Virus record (IMG/VR): IMGVR_UViG_3300020202_000047
Coordinates: 1 to 40,901 of that record
Direction: 5' to 3' (one strand)
Length of the DNA: 40,901 nucleotides
From: a virus
The notes beneath the pieces were generated by a model. That model made no database searches and was not told the origin of the DNA. It saw nothing but the letters and a program-made list of their open reading frames with translations. The position numbers and the translations under genes are program-made. Positions 14,531 through 24,037 of the stretch are shown in pieces; within the stretch, counting starts at the first letter, position 1; each line of letters starts with the position of its first letter.

Positions 14531-17529
14531 GCCTCGAAGCCGCCACCATCCCGCTGCTCTTCCGGCCGCTCAACACGAAGCTCGACTCGAAGACAGCGGG
14601 GTCGGTCGCGTTCTTCGACCTGCTCGAGAACCTGCGCGCTCGCAAGATGACCAGCCCCGAAGGCGCGCTCGAACTGGTGAAGCGCTACGGCACGGCGGCG
14701 CTGACGCGCGACATCGACGCCCCGGCGAGCTTCTACAGCGGCCCGTCCAGCATCTCGGCAGCCGTCCGGGCCAGCGTGCTCGGCGACGAGCTTCTACTGG
14801 CTGACGGGACCTGGCTGCACTCCTACTCGTCGGCCGTGTCGAAGTGGCGCACCCGCGGACGGCTCACCACCTCCAGCGCGACGGTGAGCCGCATCGGGAT
14901 GGTGTCGTCGGGCAGCTCGACCAAGCCCGACGTCGACGTCGCGTACGCCGGTGGCGTTTTCGTGTACACCGTCTGGAAGGGCGCCGGGGCTTTCTGGCTC
15001 TACGTCGTGAGCGCCACGACCGGCGAGGTCATGTCCGTAGGCACCGGGGCGGGCGCCGCGTCGGTGCCGCTGTCGATCTCGGGCCAGAGGCCGCGTCTGG
15101 CCGCTGTCGGGACGAAGATCCTGGTCTTCTACCACGACGGCGCGGCGAACCTGCATCTTCAGATCATCGACTCGGCGACCCCGACGACCATCGGGGCAGC
15201 GACGACCATCGCGACGGATGCCCATGCCACGCTCAAGTGGGACGTCACGGTGGACACCACGAACAGCCGCGCGCTCGTGGCCTACCGGAACAACGGCGCG
15301 ACGCTGTCCTTCCGCTCGTTCAACTCGTCGGGCACGCAGATCGCCACGAACAGCAACGGCGCAGCCCCGGACACCGCGATCGGGTGGCTGGCGCACTCCT
15401 GGAACGACGGCAACGCCTACGTCGCCTACGTCAACTCGGCCGGCGGCGTCATCGCGCAGACGGTCTCGGCGTCGACCTTCGGTTTCTCCGGGTCGACGAC
15501 CATCGACGCGACGGCAACGACCGCCCGATCGGTGACCGGTGTCTTCGCAAACGCCCTGCCGACGGTCGTGTGGGAGATCCCGAACGCCACAACGCATCTG
15601 CAGCGTACGAGTTACCGGGTCGGCTCGACGGGCTCAGTGACGGACTTCGTCCGCGGGTTCGGGCTCGCCTCGAAAATGTGGCGTACGAGCGCGGGGCGGT
15701 ACTTCTGCGCGATCGCCTACGAGGGCGCTGCGCAGCGGACGGCGCTGATCGTCGAGTTCCGCGGGGCACCGGGGGACGCCGACAAGGCGATCGTCGGGAC
15801 GCCGCTCATCGGCGATGCCGCGGGGCTCACGCAGACGGGCGGGCTCTTGCCGTCGGTCGCGTCGCTCACGTCGACGACGTTCGCGCTCGGGCTGCCGACC
15901 ATGGAGGACGCCCAGGTCTTCGGCCTGGCGCGCGTCGACCTCGACATCGCGGCGAACCTCCCCGGCGTCAACTTCGCCGGCTCGCGCTACTTCCCCGGTG
16001 CCGCTCTCATGCAGTACGACGGCGAGCAGGTCGTCGAGGCGGGGTTCCCGATCTTCCCCGAAGCGCCGACTCTCACCAGCACGGCGGCTGCGGGCTCGCT
16101 CGTCAACGGCGGGGCGTACCAGTACGCCGCTGTCTACCGCTGGCGAGACCGTAACGGCCGGCTCCACCGCTCGGCGCCGAGCCCCATCGCGTCGGTGACG
16201 CTCACGGCGGGGCACACGTCCTGCTCTGTCGTCGTCCCGTGCTGCCGAGCGACCATGAAGGGCGCTCGGACGTGGAACCTCAATCTCGAAGCCGCCGACC
16301 TGCACATCGTCGAGATCGAGCTCTACCGGACGAAGGCCGGCGAGACGACCCTGCGATTCTGCCGAACCATGGGCAGCGCGGTCGGCAGCGACACCACCAC
16401 CGTCTCGGACACCACGGCGGACTCGGCGCTCGGGGAACTGCTCTACACGGACTCGGGCGAGGTCGACAACATGCCGCCCCCGGCGCCGAAGATCGTCCAT
16501 TCGTGGAAGGGCCGCATGTGGGCCTACACCCCGAGAGGGCTGTGGTTCACGAAGGAAATCGATGAGGCGCTCGGCCCCGAGTTCGCCGCCGAGTTGCGCA
16601 TGGAGCTCGACGAGGGGGATGGACCGCTGACGGCGATGATCGACATCGACGAGCGGCTCATGCTCCTTCGGCGTGCAGCACCACCGCAGCAGGTAACCGG
16701 CGAGGGGCCGGACCGCAAGGGCGACGGGATGTACTCCCGCCCGGCCCGCCTGTCGCTCACCGTGGGCGCCACAAACCAGCTCGGCGTCGCCCGGACGCCC
16801 GACGGGGCCATCGTGAAGGGGCCGAAGGGGTTCTGGCTGCTCGACCGGGCCGGCGGCGAGCAGTACATCGGCGCCATGGTCGAGGACTGGAACGCCCTCA
16901 CCGTCACCGGGTCCGTGGTCTGCGAGACCGCGAACGAGGTCCGCTTCACGACCAGCGACGGCCGCACGCTGGTGTGGGACTGGTTCTTCAAGGGCTGGTA
17001 CACGGACACCGGTCAGGCTGCTGCCGCCTCGGTCCTGTGGAACCACGTATTCGCCTACGTCGGCAGTGACGGCACGGTGAAGTACGAGGTGGCGGGGTCG
17101 TACGCCGACAGCGGCGTCGCCATCGCGAGCAAGTACAGGCTCGCTTGGATCTCGCCCTTCGGCCTGCACCAGCACGGTCGGGTGCGGCGGATTCGGTTCC
17201 TCGGCGAGTACCGCGGCGCGCACACGCTCAAGGCGACCATGGCGCGCGACTTCCGCGGCGTCGACGACACCGCGGTCAGTATCGTGGCGCCCGGCGCCGG
17301 CAGCTTCGGCGATTGGTCACCGTTCGGCGGCGAGCCGGTCTTCGGCCTCGGTGACGGGTCGTACCGCATGGAGGCGCGGCCCGCCGTCCAGAAGCTGACC
17401 AGCTTCCGCCTGACAGTCGAGGACGTGCTCACCAGTGCCACGGCTGGCTTCGCCATGTCGGGGATCGTGCTCGAGGCGGCGGTCAAGCGCGGCATGTCGC
17501 CGAAGCCCGCCTGGGGGACGATGACGTAG
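14527..17529 (+). CDS. Large virion or tail structural protein (1000 aa).
   Basis: Long ORF with strong coding bias in the structural module. The composition is beta-rich and Ser/Thr/Gly/Ala-rich. No catalytic motif was recognised. Confidence 0.65.
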   Translation: MSLEAATIPLLFRPLNTKLDSKTAGSVAFFDLLENLRARKMTSPEGALELVKRYGTAALTRDIDAPASFYSGPSSISAAVRASVLGDELLLADGTWLHSYSSAVSKWRTRGRLTTSSATVSRIGMVSSGSSTKPDVDVAYAGGVFVYTVWKGAGAFWLYVVSATTGEVMSVGTGAGAASVPLSISGQRPRLAAVGTKILVFYHDGAANLHLQIIDSATPTTIGAATTIATDAHATLKWDVTVDTTNSRALVAYRNNGATLSFRSFNSSGTQIATNSNGAAPDTAIGWLAHSWNDGNAYVAYVNSAGGVIAQTVSASTFGFSGSTTIDATATTARSVTGVFANALPTVVWEIPNATTHLQRTSYRVGSTGSVTDFVRGFGLASKMWRTSAGRYFCAIAYEGAAQRTALIVEFRGAPGDADKAIVGTPLIGDAAGLTQTGGLLPSVASLTSTTFALGLPTMEDAQVFGLARVDLDIAANLPGVNFAGSRYFPGAALMQYDGEQVVEAGFPIFPEAPTLTSTAAAGSLVNGGAYQYAAVYRWRDRNGRLHRSAPSPIASVTLTAGHTSCSVVVPCCRATMKGARTWNLNLEAADLHIVEIELYRTKAGETTLRFCRTMGSAVGSDTTTVSDTTADSALGELLYTDSGEVDNMPPPAPKIVHSWKGRMWAYTPRGLWFTKEIDEALGPEFAAELRMELDEGDGPLTAMIDIDERLMLLRRAAPPQQVTGEGPDRKGDGMYSRPARLSLTVGATNQLGVARTPDGAIVKGPKGFWLLDRAGGEQYIGAMVEDWNALTVTGSVVCETANEVRFTTSDGRTLVWDWFFKGWYTDTGQAAAASVLWNHVFAYVGSDGTVKYEVAGSYADSGVAIASKYRLAWISPFGLHQHGRVRRIRFLGEYRGAHTLKATMARDFRGVDDTAVSIVAPGAGSFGDWSPFGGEPVFGLGDGSYRMEARPAVQKLTSFRLTVEDVLTSATAGFAMSGIVLEAAVKRGMSPKPAWGTMT

Positions 17530-17558
17530 GGGCCGATCTGGCCCTGATGTGAGGGTCT
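17529..17558 (+). promoter_or_regulatory. Start-proximal motif GGGGCCGATCTGGCCCTGATGTGAGGGTCT, site C.
   Basis: It overlaps the upstream stop TAG and ends at ATG 17559. Confidence 0.55.
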
Positions 17559-19556
17559 ATGGACGAGGAAGAAGAGAAAAAGAGAGACCCGCTGGCTCCC
17601 CCGGCAGCGCCGCAGCCCGCGCCTGCTCCTACTCCGACCGCACCGGCGCGGACCACGACGTGGGGGAATCCCGCAGCGTCGCCGACGCGCCCGCCCGCCC
17701 CGGGGACCGCGCCGAACTGGGAGGGCGCAGCGCCGACCGCCCCCACGTCGCCATCGACGGGTAACCCGGCGACGTGGAACGGCGGTACGTCAGGCGCGCC
17801 GACGACGGACTGGCGCGGCGGCGGCGGATCTACGGCAGCCGACGCACCGGCGGTCACCGACCCGAACCGCCCGCCAGATCCGCTCACCCAGAGCCAGCAG
17901 ATCTCAACCGACCTCCGCGACGATCTGCTCAACAAACTCAACAACCCCGTGAATACGCCTGCGCCGACGCTGCCCGCGCCCCCGCAGGTCACCGCGCCCG
18001 CGCCGGTAACGACGCCGACCGTCACCCCTGCCACCGTCGCGCCGGCGGCCCAGGTCGGTCCGGTCACGATCCAGAGGACCACCGTCGCCCCGATGCAGGG
18101 CTACACGGCGGCGCAGGCCGGCCGCACCGTGATCGACCCCGTCGAGCGTGCGCGGGCCGCGCAAATAGCCCCCGTCGAGCGGGTCACCGCGGCGCAGGTC
18201 ACGGGTCCGCAGGATCAGGTCCGCGCGAATCAGATGGCGCTCCTCCAGCGCCTGGGCGACATCGAAGCTGGGCGTGGCGGCCCGACGGCGGCCGAGCTCC
18301 TCCTCAAGCGACAGTCCGACACCATCGTCCAGGACCAGTTCGGGATGGCGGCGACGGCGCACGGGTACGGACGCTTGGCCGCGCTCAAGGCCGCCCAGCG
18401 CAACGCCGCCAAGGCGCAGCAGCAGGCGGGGCTCGACGCTTCGATCGCCAGAGCCAAGGAGCAGACCGACGTACGCGGGCAACTCCTCGCCGGGCTCGGA
18501 GAGACCCGCGGCCAAGACATCGGGGTCGGCACCACGAACGCGAATCTGCAGCAGGACGCGGCGAAGTTCGGCGCCTCGGCGGCCAACACGGCGGGCATCC
18601 AGCAGGCGGTCCTCGACACGGACGTCTCGAAGTTCGGGGCAGACGCAGCGAACAAGCGTTCGCTCGCTCAGGGCGGTATCGACGCCGACCTCGAGAAGTT
18701 CAACACGGGCGAGACGAACGAGGCGGGCAAGTTCACGGCGGCCGAGACGAACAAGGGCGCGCTCACCCAGGCGGGCATCACGTCCGACGAGTCCAAGGCG
18801 CAGGGCTCGATCGACACCACGATCGCGACCCGCAACGCCGACGCGACCGACAAGGTGAACCAGCTGGCCGCGACGTTCGCCCAGCAGGCCGGCATGACCG
18901 AGGCTCAGCTCAAGGCGGACATCGACAAGTTCAACGTCGAGATCCAGAACCGGACGGACCTCAAGAACGCCGACCTCACGCACTCGACGAACCTCGCCAA
19001 TCTCCAGGCCGAGCTCCAGCAGCGCGGACTCAACCAGGCGCAGCAGCTGGCGTACCTCCAGGGCGCGCTCCAGGCGCAGGGACAGGTGCTCACCGCCGAC
19101 ATCGCGAAGAAGCAGATGCAGCTCGCCAAGTCGCAATCAGACCGGCAATTCTGGGCAACTCTCGCCGGCGGTCTCTTCAACGCGGGCGGCGAAGCTGCGC
19201 CTGCACTGATCGCCGCGTCCGACCGCCGCGGCAAGACCGACATCAAGCCCGTCGGCGATCATCGCGGTGAGCTCCTATCGAAGCTCGGCGGCGACAAGGA
19301 CGAGCTCGCCGAGTTGCTCGACGGGGTGAAGGCGTACCGATACAAGTACAAGGACCCGTCGCAGCCCGGAGCCGCCCCCGGCGAGCACTTCGGTCCGATG
19401 GCGCAGGACTTGGAGAAGGCCGGTCCAGCAGGCAAGTCGCTCGTCAGGGACACGCCGACGGGGAAGATGGTCGACACGGGTCGTGCTGCCCTCCTGGCGC
19501 TCACCGCCATCTCTGACATGCGCGCGAAGCTCAAGGAGAAGGGGGTGCGGGTATGA
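17559..19556 (+). CDS. Fibre-like or ejection-like virion protein with a C-terminal peptidase-S74 intramolecular-chaperone domain.
   Basis: C-terminal ASDRRGKTDIKPV...VKAYRYKYKD...HFGPMAQDLEKA...VDTGRAALLALTAISD matches the SDxRxK...auto-cleaving chaperone domain of endosialidase and tail-fibre proteins. The N-terminus is Pro/Ala/Thr low complexity. The middle is Gln/Ala-rich and repetitive. Confidence 0.75.
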   Translation: MDEEEEKKRDPLAPPAAPQPAPAPTPTAPARTTTWGNPAASPTRPPAPGTAPNWEGAAPTAPTSPSTGNPATWNGGTSGAPTTDWRGGGGSTAADAPAVTDPNRPPDPLTQSQQISTDLRDDLLNKLNNPVNTPAPTLPAPPQVTAPAPVTTPTVTPATVAPAAQVGPVTIQRTTVAPMQGYTAAQAGRTVIDPVERARAAQIAPVERVTAAQVTGPQDQVRANQMALLQRLGDIEAGRGGPTAAELLLKRQSDTIVQDQFGMAATAHGYGRLAALKAAQRNAAKAQQQAGLDASIARAKEQTDVRGQLLAGLGETRGQDIGVGTTNANLQQDAAKFGASAANTAGIQQAVLDTDVSKFGADAANKRSLAQGGIDADLEKFNTGETNEAGKFTAAETNKGALTQAGITSDESKAQGSIDTTIATRNADATDKVNQLAATFAQQAGMTEAQLKADIDKFNVEIQNRTDLKNADLTHSTNLANLQAELQQRGLNQAQQLAYLQGALQAQGQVLTADIAKKQMQLAKSQSDRQFWATLAGGLFNAGGEAAPALIAASDRRGKTDIKPVGDHRGELLSKLGGDKDELAELLDGVKAYRYKYKDPSQPGAAPGEHFGPMAQDLEKAGPAGKSLVRDTPTGKMVDTGRAALLALTAISDMRAKLKEKGVRV

Positions 19557-21187
19557 TCCCCGGAACCGTCGACCAGACGCAGGAAGAAGAGGACGCCCGT
19601 TACAAGGCGCGCCTCGACTTCTACAAGTCGACCCTGCCGCCCGGCACGCCGCCCGAAGAGGCCGCGCGGCTCGCGGCGCGCGAGGTGGGCAAGACCGCGC
19701 TGCCGAACGACCAGGCGCGCGCCGTCGCCGCGGCTCGCTCGGAGGCTGCCACGCCGATGCCCGAGGTCCCGGCGGTCCCGGGCGCCCCCGCCATCCCGAT
19801 GCCCGCGCCGGTGAAGCTCGAGCGCGAGTCGGAGACGAAGACTCAGACCTGGGGCGAGAGCGGCGTCAAGCTCGGCAAGGACGAGAAGACGATCGCGGAG
19901 GCGCAGCAGGAGCGCCTCAATGCCCAGGCCGAGACGACGCGCGAGGCGGGACAGAAGGCCGAGGAGATCGCGACTGCGGAGGGCTTCGCGGCCGAAGAGC
20001 GCGCGAAGATCCACGGCAGGACCGAGACGGAGCTCGCCACCGTCGACAAGGAGTACCAGAACCGCCTCAAGGGGCTGGCGGCGGATGACGAGAAGCTCGC
20101 GAACCAGAAATTCGAGACGCTCGTTGCGCGCGCATCGACCCCCAAGAAGGTCGGATACGCGCTGTCGATCGCGGTCAGCGGCATTGGCGTCGCGCTACAG
20201 CAAGCCGGCGGCGTCGGCAACGCCAGGAACGGCGCGCTCGCCGTCATCAACAAGGCGATCGACGACGACCTGGCGGTCCAGAAGCTGAACTACGACAAGC
20301 AGATTCGCGAGCAGGCGAGAAAACGCGGTCTTCTCGAGGGCGAGTACCAGCGCGGCCTCAACATGATCCAGCTCAAGAAGGCCAACATGCTGGACAAGGC
20401 CGCCGAGATGGCGCGCGCCGCGGGCGCGAAGCAGAAGGGCGAGGCCGAGCGGCTCAAGTACGAGATGGTCGCCCAGCAGCTCGAGGGGCAGGGACTCCAG
20501 ATCCGCAAGTCGCTCGCCGAAGCGGAGCGGAAGCAGTTCCACAGCGGCGGATCGAAGACGACGACGCTCGTCCAGCAGGACCCGGGGATGGGCGGCCGCG
20601 CCGGTGCCGACGGGCCAGGACGTGTCGAGCGCGAGAATGCGGCTGCCGCGCTCACGCAGGCTGAGGAGCTCAAGAAGCTGGCCGACCTCGTCCGCACGAA
20701 CCCGAAGGCGTGGGCCGAGTATCAGAAGGCGCTCAAGGCTCAACGGGAGGCTGACCAGTTCGCCAAGAGCAAGGCGGGCGGCGGGATCATGGCGCTCGGG
20801 CGCGGCGCTGGCGCGTTCGAGTCTGCCGTCGAGCAGCGCCTGAAAGAGAACCCCGCGGCGCGGGAGATCCACTCCTCGATCGCGAAGCTCAAGGTCGCCA
20901 AGGCGCGCGAACTCGACCCCGTCGGGGCGATCAATGAGTCGATGATGGACGCCGCCACCGATCACCTCGGACTCATGACGAGGAGCGCGAAGGAGATCGC
21001 ATCGACGGCCGAGGGGTACGCCGAGACCGCGCGCCGCCGCGCCGCCGCTGCAGTGCCCGGATCCGTCCCGACGCCCGCGTCGACGGCGCCGCAGCAGCCG
21101 CAGATCCAGACGTTCCGCAACCCGAAGACGGGCGAGACCGTCCGCGGCTATCGGCGCCCCGACGGACAGATTCAAGAGGTTCCGTAA
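19553..21187 (+). CDS. Large helical virion protein (544 aa). Possible internal or ejection protein.
   Basis: ATGA overlap with the upstream gene. Ala/Glu/Lys/Gln-rich, coiled-coil-like. Function is inferred from position only. Confidence 0.6.
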   Translation: MIPGTVDQTQEEEDARYKARLDFYKSTLPPGTPPEEAARLAAREVGKTALPNDQARAVAAARSEAATPMPEVPAVPGAPAIPMPAPVKLERESETKTQTWGESGVKLGKDEKTIAEAQQERLNAQAETTREAGQKAEEIATAEGFAAEERAKIHGRTETELATVDKEYQNRLKGLAADDEKLANQKFETLVARASTPKKVGYALSIAVSGIGVALQQAGGVGNARNGALAVINKAIDDDLAVQKLNYDKQIREQARKRGLLEGEYQRGLNMIQLKKANMLDKAAEMARAAGAKQKGEAERLKYEMVAQQLEGQGLQIRKSLAEAERKQFHSGGSKTTTLVQQDPGMGGRAGADGPGRVERENAAAALTQAEELKKLADLVRTNPKAWAEYQKALKAQREADQFAKSKAGGGIMALGRGAGAFESAVEQRLKENPAAREIHSSIAKLKVAKARELDPVGAINESMMDAATDHLGLMTRSAKEIASTAEGYAETARRRAAAAVPGSVPTPASTAPQQPQIQTFRNPKTGETVRGYRRPDGQIQEVP

Positions 21188-22759
21188 GTGGCGGGGCGGG
21201 TCTTCAACGCCGCCGAATGGGAGCCGGTCCAGCCGGCGCCCGCGGGCCGCGTGATCGACGCGTCCGGCTGGGAGCCCGTCTCGGACGCGCCGTCGGCCCC
21301 CGCCGCGCCCGCTGTCGGCAAGGGAGCGTCGTTCTTCCGCGGACTACTGCAGGGCGCGACGCTCGGTTTCGCCGACGAGATCGCGGGCGCCGCTGAGTCC
21401 GCGTTCACCGACAAGACGTACGAGCAGGCCCGCAACGAGTCGCGGCGCAACTTCAAAGCTGCCGAGGACGCGAACGGCGGCTGGTACATGGCTGGCGACA
21501 TCGCCGGGGCCGTGGGGACGTCGCTCATCCCGGGCGTAGCCGCTGCCAAGGGCGCCGGGGCCATTGCGAAGGGCGCCAAGGCGTTCACGAAGATGGGCGC
21601 GGCGAAGCAGGCCGCTATTCAGAGCGGCATCGCAGGCGCAGGCTCGAGCGAGGCGACGGACGCCGCTGGTGTTGCATGGGACGCAGGGAAGAGCGCGGCG
21701 ATCGGCGCTGGTACGGGCGCCGTCATGGGCAAGATCGTCCGCGGTGCGCCCGAGCGGTACACCAAGGGCCTGGTCGGAGACATCACCGACGGCGCGACGG
21801 CGAAGATGCGCGACAAGGTGGTCGGCAAGGCGTCGCCGGCCACGGGCATGGGCGAGCGGTTCACCGAGGTGGTCGACACCATCAAGGCGAATCCGGCCAT
21901 CAAGGCAGCGAAGGGCGATCCTCACAAGCTTCTGCCCGCCGTCGATGAGGCGCTCGACCGCGTCGGTCGCCAACTCGACGAGGTGTACCAGAAGGCCGGC
22001 GCGGCCACTTCAGGCATCGCCGTCCGCGACGTGCAGTTGGCGCTCGACAAGGTCGCCAAGGGACTGGAATCGAATCCTGGAACGCGCGGTCTCGCGCGAG
22101 CGGTGCGGGCGCAAATGGACGACGTCTTCGAGACCTGGATCGCGCCAGCGACGAAGCAGGGTGACGGGTTTCTGGCCGGCGAAGTCCCGAACGTGAGCGC
22201 GCAGCAGGTGCGCGAGTTTGCCAAGGCTGTCGGCAACACCGCGTTCTTCGGCTCGCCGGCCGTGACGCCCGCGGCTGGCAAGGCGGTCGCTCAGGACGTC
22301 TGGAAGTCGCTCAAGACGCTCATCGACAAGAACGTCGACGAGGCCGCGGCGGCGCTCGGGGAGAAGGGTGGCGCTGCCGAGCTCCGCGCGCTCAACAAGC
22401 AGGCTTCGACTCTCATGAACATGCGCGAGGCGGCCATGTACCGCGCGACGCGCGAGTCGACCCCGTCGACCCGAGCCCGGTCGATCATCGGCGGCGGCGT
22501 CGACCTCATGCTCGCGGCGCAAGATCCCATCGGTTTCGTCGGGTGGAAAGGCGCGCAGGCGGTCGGCAAGCCACTGGCGCGCTTCGCCGACGAGCGTCTC
22601 GCCAACCTGGCCGCGGCTGCGCAGGGCGGATCAACCGCCGCGCAGCTCGGTCAGCGCGCCATCGAGCTCGGACTTGCTCCGGCCGTCGGTATGGCGATGC
22701 ACCAGTGGGTGCAGACGCGGCTCGGCGGCGGCTTCGAGGCGCAGCCGGTCGCGCCCTAG
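21188..22759 (+). CDS. Large Ala/Gly-rich virion protein (523 aa). Possible internal or ejection protein.
   Basis: GTG start directly after the upstream TAA. High GC3. No motif was recognised. Confidence 0.6.
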   Translation: MAGRVFNAAEWEPVQPAPAGRVIDASGWEPVSDAPSAPAAPAVGKGASFFRGLLQGATLGFADEIAGAAESAFTDKTYEQARNESRRNFKAAEDANGGWYMAGDIAGAVGTSLIPGVAAAKGAGAIAKGAKAFTKMGAAKQAAIQSGIAGAGSSEATDAAGVAWDAGKSAAIGAGTGAVMGKIVRGAPERYTKGLVGDITDGATAKMRDKVVGKASPATGMGERFTEVVDTIKANPAIKAAKGDPHKLLPAVDEALDRVGRQLDEVYQKAGAATSGIAVRDVQLALDKVAKGLESNPGTRGLARAVRAQMDDVFETWIAPATKQGDGFLAGEVPNVSAQQVREFAKAVGNTAFFGSPAVTPAAGKAVAQDVWKSLKTLIDKNVDEAAAALGEKGGAAELRALNKQASTLMNMREAAMYRATRESTPSTRARSIIGGGVDLMLAAQDPIGFVGWKGAQAVGKPLARFADERLANLAAAAQGGSTAAQLGQRAIELGLAPAVGMAMHQWVQTRLGGGFEAQPVAP

Positions 22760-23151
22760 TAGCTGTAGCAGTTGACCGAGGTCGTCCCAGGCATCTGCTG
22801 GCAGTTCGTCATCACGGGACGCGGCGCCGGTGCCTGCGTCGCCTGTTGCACCGACCGGCCTGCGCCGCGAAGGCCCGCTGACACAGCCGCGGCAGTGGCC
22901 CGGCTACGCTCGGCGTCCTCGCGCTCGCGGTCTCGCCACTCCTGGTCCGCGAGTAGATGCTCGTAGCACTTCACCTTCTGGTCCGCGGTCGCCGTGCTCT
23001 GCGCGTCGTTCACCGCCCACAGACACCACGCCTTGTACTTCCGCTCGGCCTCAATCTGCTGCGCAACCGCGGGGTCGCGTCGCTCCACGTACGCCCGCCG
23101 AGCCGCACACCCGCTCGCAAGAACCACCAGCGCCAGCACTGCCGCCTTCAT
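22756..23151 (-). CDS. Lipoprotein (131 aa, four further Cys residues). Candidate superinfection-exclusion or receptor-masking moron.
   Basis: Signal peptide plus lipobox MKAAVLALVVLASG-C. One of only two minus-strand genes. Its codons visibly favour G endings more than the neighbouring genes. Its stop overlaps the convergent + strand stop within CTAG. Confidence 0.75.
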   Translation of the reverse strand: MKAAVLALVVLASGCAARRAYVERRDPAVAQQIEAERKYKAWCLWAVNDAQSTATADQKVKCYEHLLADQEWRDREREDAERSRATAAAVSAGLRGAGRSVQQATQAPAPRPVMTNCQQMPGTTSVNCYSY

Positions 23152-23211
23152 ACCTCCATGAACGCACGCCCGCCGGGTTTGTTCCAGGCTGCGCGGGCGT
23201 TCAGCGGGGGA

Positions 23212-23238
23212 GGTTTCTCCGCAGCCTGCGGAAAAACC
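23212..23238. repeat. 27-bp near-palindrome GGTTTCTCCGCAGCCTGCGGAAAAACC, copy 2 of 3.
   Basis: It lies between the two minus-strand genes. Its last base overlaps the stop codon of 23238..24014. Confidence 0.85.
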
Positions 23239-24014
23239 TACTTGTCCGCGAGTTCTTGCGCCCGTGTCGGCTTCTGCGGCTGCATCGCGCCTGACGGTGT
23301 CTCGGCCTGCTTCGCCGCGCCGCGCGCCCGCTCGAAGGCTGCCTTTACTGCCGCCCTGGCCGCTGCGTCGCCGGTTCCCTTGCCCCCCATGAGCACCTGC
23401 AGCTTCCGCTCACGCTCGTAGGGTAGCTCCCAGGTGGGGTACTCGGTCTTCCGGGCGACTGTCAGGTCGAGGACGTCGAACATCATCTGCGCGTAGATGG
23501 TGGGGAAGCAGGTCGACAGGGCCTCCACCTCGTCGGGGACCAGGAGCCCGGTGACGAGGCTGTCGAGGGCGCGCAGCGGGTCGTCGCAGATCCAGTAGCG
23601 GCGGCGGAACGGGGCGATCTTGAGGTCCGACGGGGTCACGTTCTTGGCGCCGGTCGCGAACGGGCGCTGCGCGATGGGGAAGTGGTGCTGGAGATACCCC
23701 ACGGCTCGCCCGAGCGAGGCGACGTAGGACTCGGCCAGTGCCTCGTCGGTGAACCGCAGGACGTTTTCCTCGAGCCGCTGCGGAGTGACGCGGGGTAGTT
23801 GCTCGAGGACGAGGTCGTAGTCGAAGGGGGGCAACTCGCCGAATTTCGGCCAGGGGCCTTTCGCCGCCAGAAAGCGCCGGAGGCGGCGCCGGATCGCCCG
23901 GCCGTACGCCGCAGGGTCGGCTTTGCCGAGCGTCTTGACCGTCACGGGCAGCGGGCCGGGTGCGAGGGCGGCCGACACCCCGGTCACCGCCAGAAGAACC
24001 TCACCGACGTCCAT
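23238..24014 (-). CDS. Hypothetical protein (about 258 aa). Minus strand, with phage-like codon usage.
   Basis: Strong GC3 bias on the minus strand. ATG at 24014 (a TTG at 24020 is also possible). No motif was recognised. Confidence 0.7.
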   Translation of the reverse strand: MDVGEVLLAVTGVSAALAPGPLPVTVKTLGKADPAAYGRAIRRRLRRFLAAKGPWPKFGELPPFDYDLVLEQLPRVTPQRLEENVLRFTDEALAESYVASLGRAVGYLQHHFPIAQRPFATGAKNVTPSDLKIAPFRRRYWICDDPLRALDSLVTGLLVPDEVEALSTCFPTIYAQMMFDVLDLTVARKTEYPTWELPYERERKLQVLMGGKGTGDAAARAAVKAAFERARGAAKQAETPSGAMQPQKPTRAQELADK

Positions 24015-24037
24015 ACCCAAGGGCGGAACGGCCCCCG

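Noticed and set aside
19553-21187. Calling the 544-aa helical protein a tape-measure protein, and hence a siphovirus-type tail.
   Set aside because: No major tail, tail-tube, sheath or chaperone-frameshift genes are recognisable. The gene order fits a short-tailed architecture better, but neither can be proven from sequence alone.
23152-23211. Sigma54-type promoter (minus strand CTGGAAC-N5-CGGC) upstream of the lipoprotein gene.
   Set aside because: Only the GG/GC spacing fits. The -12 element (TTGC) is poorly matched, and no enhancer-binding context is visible.
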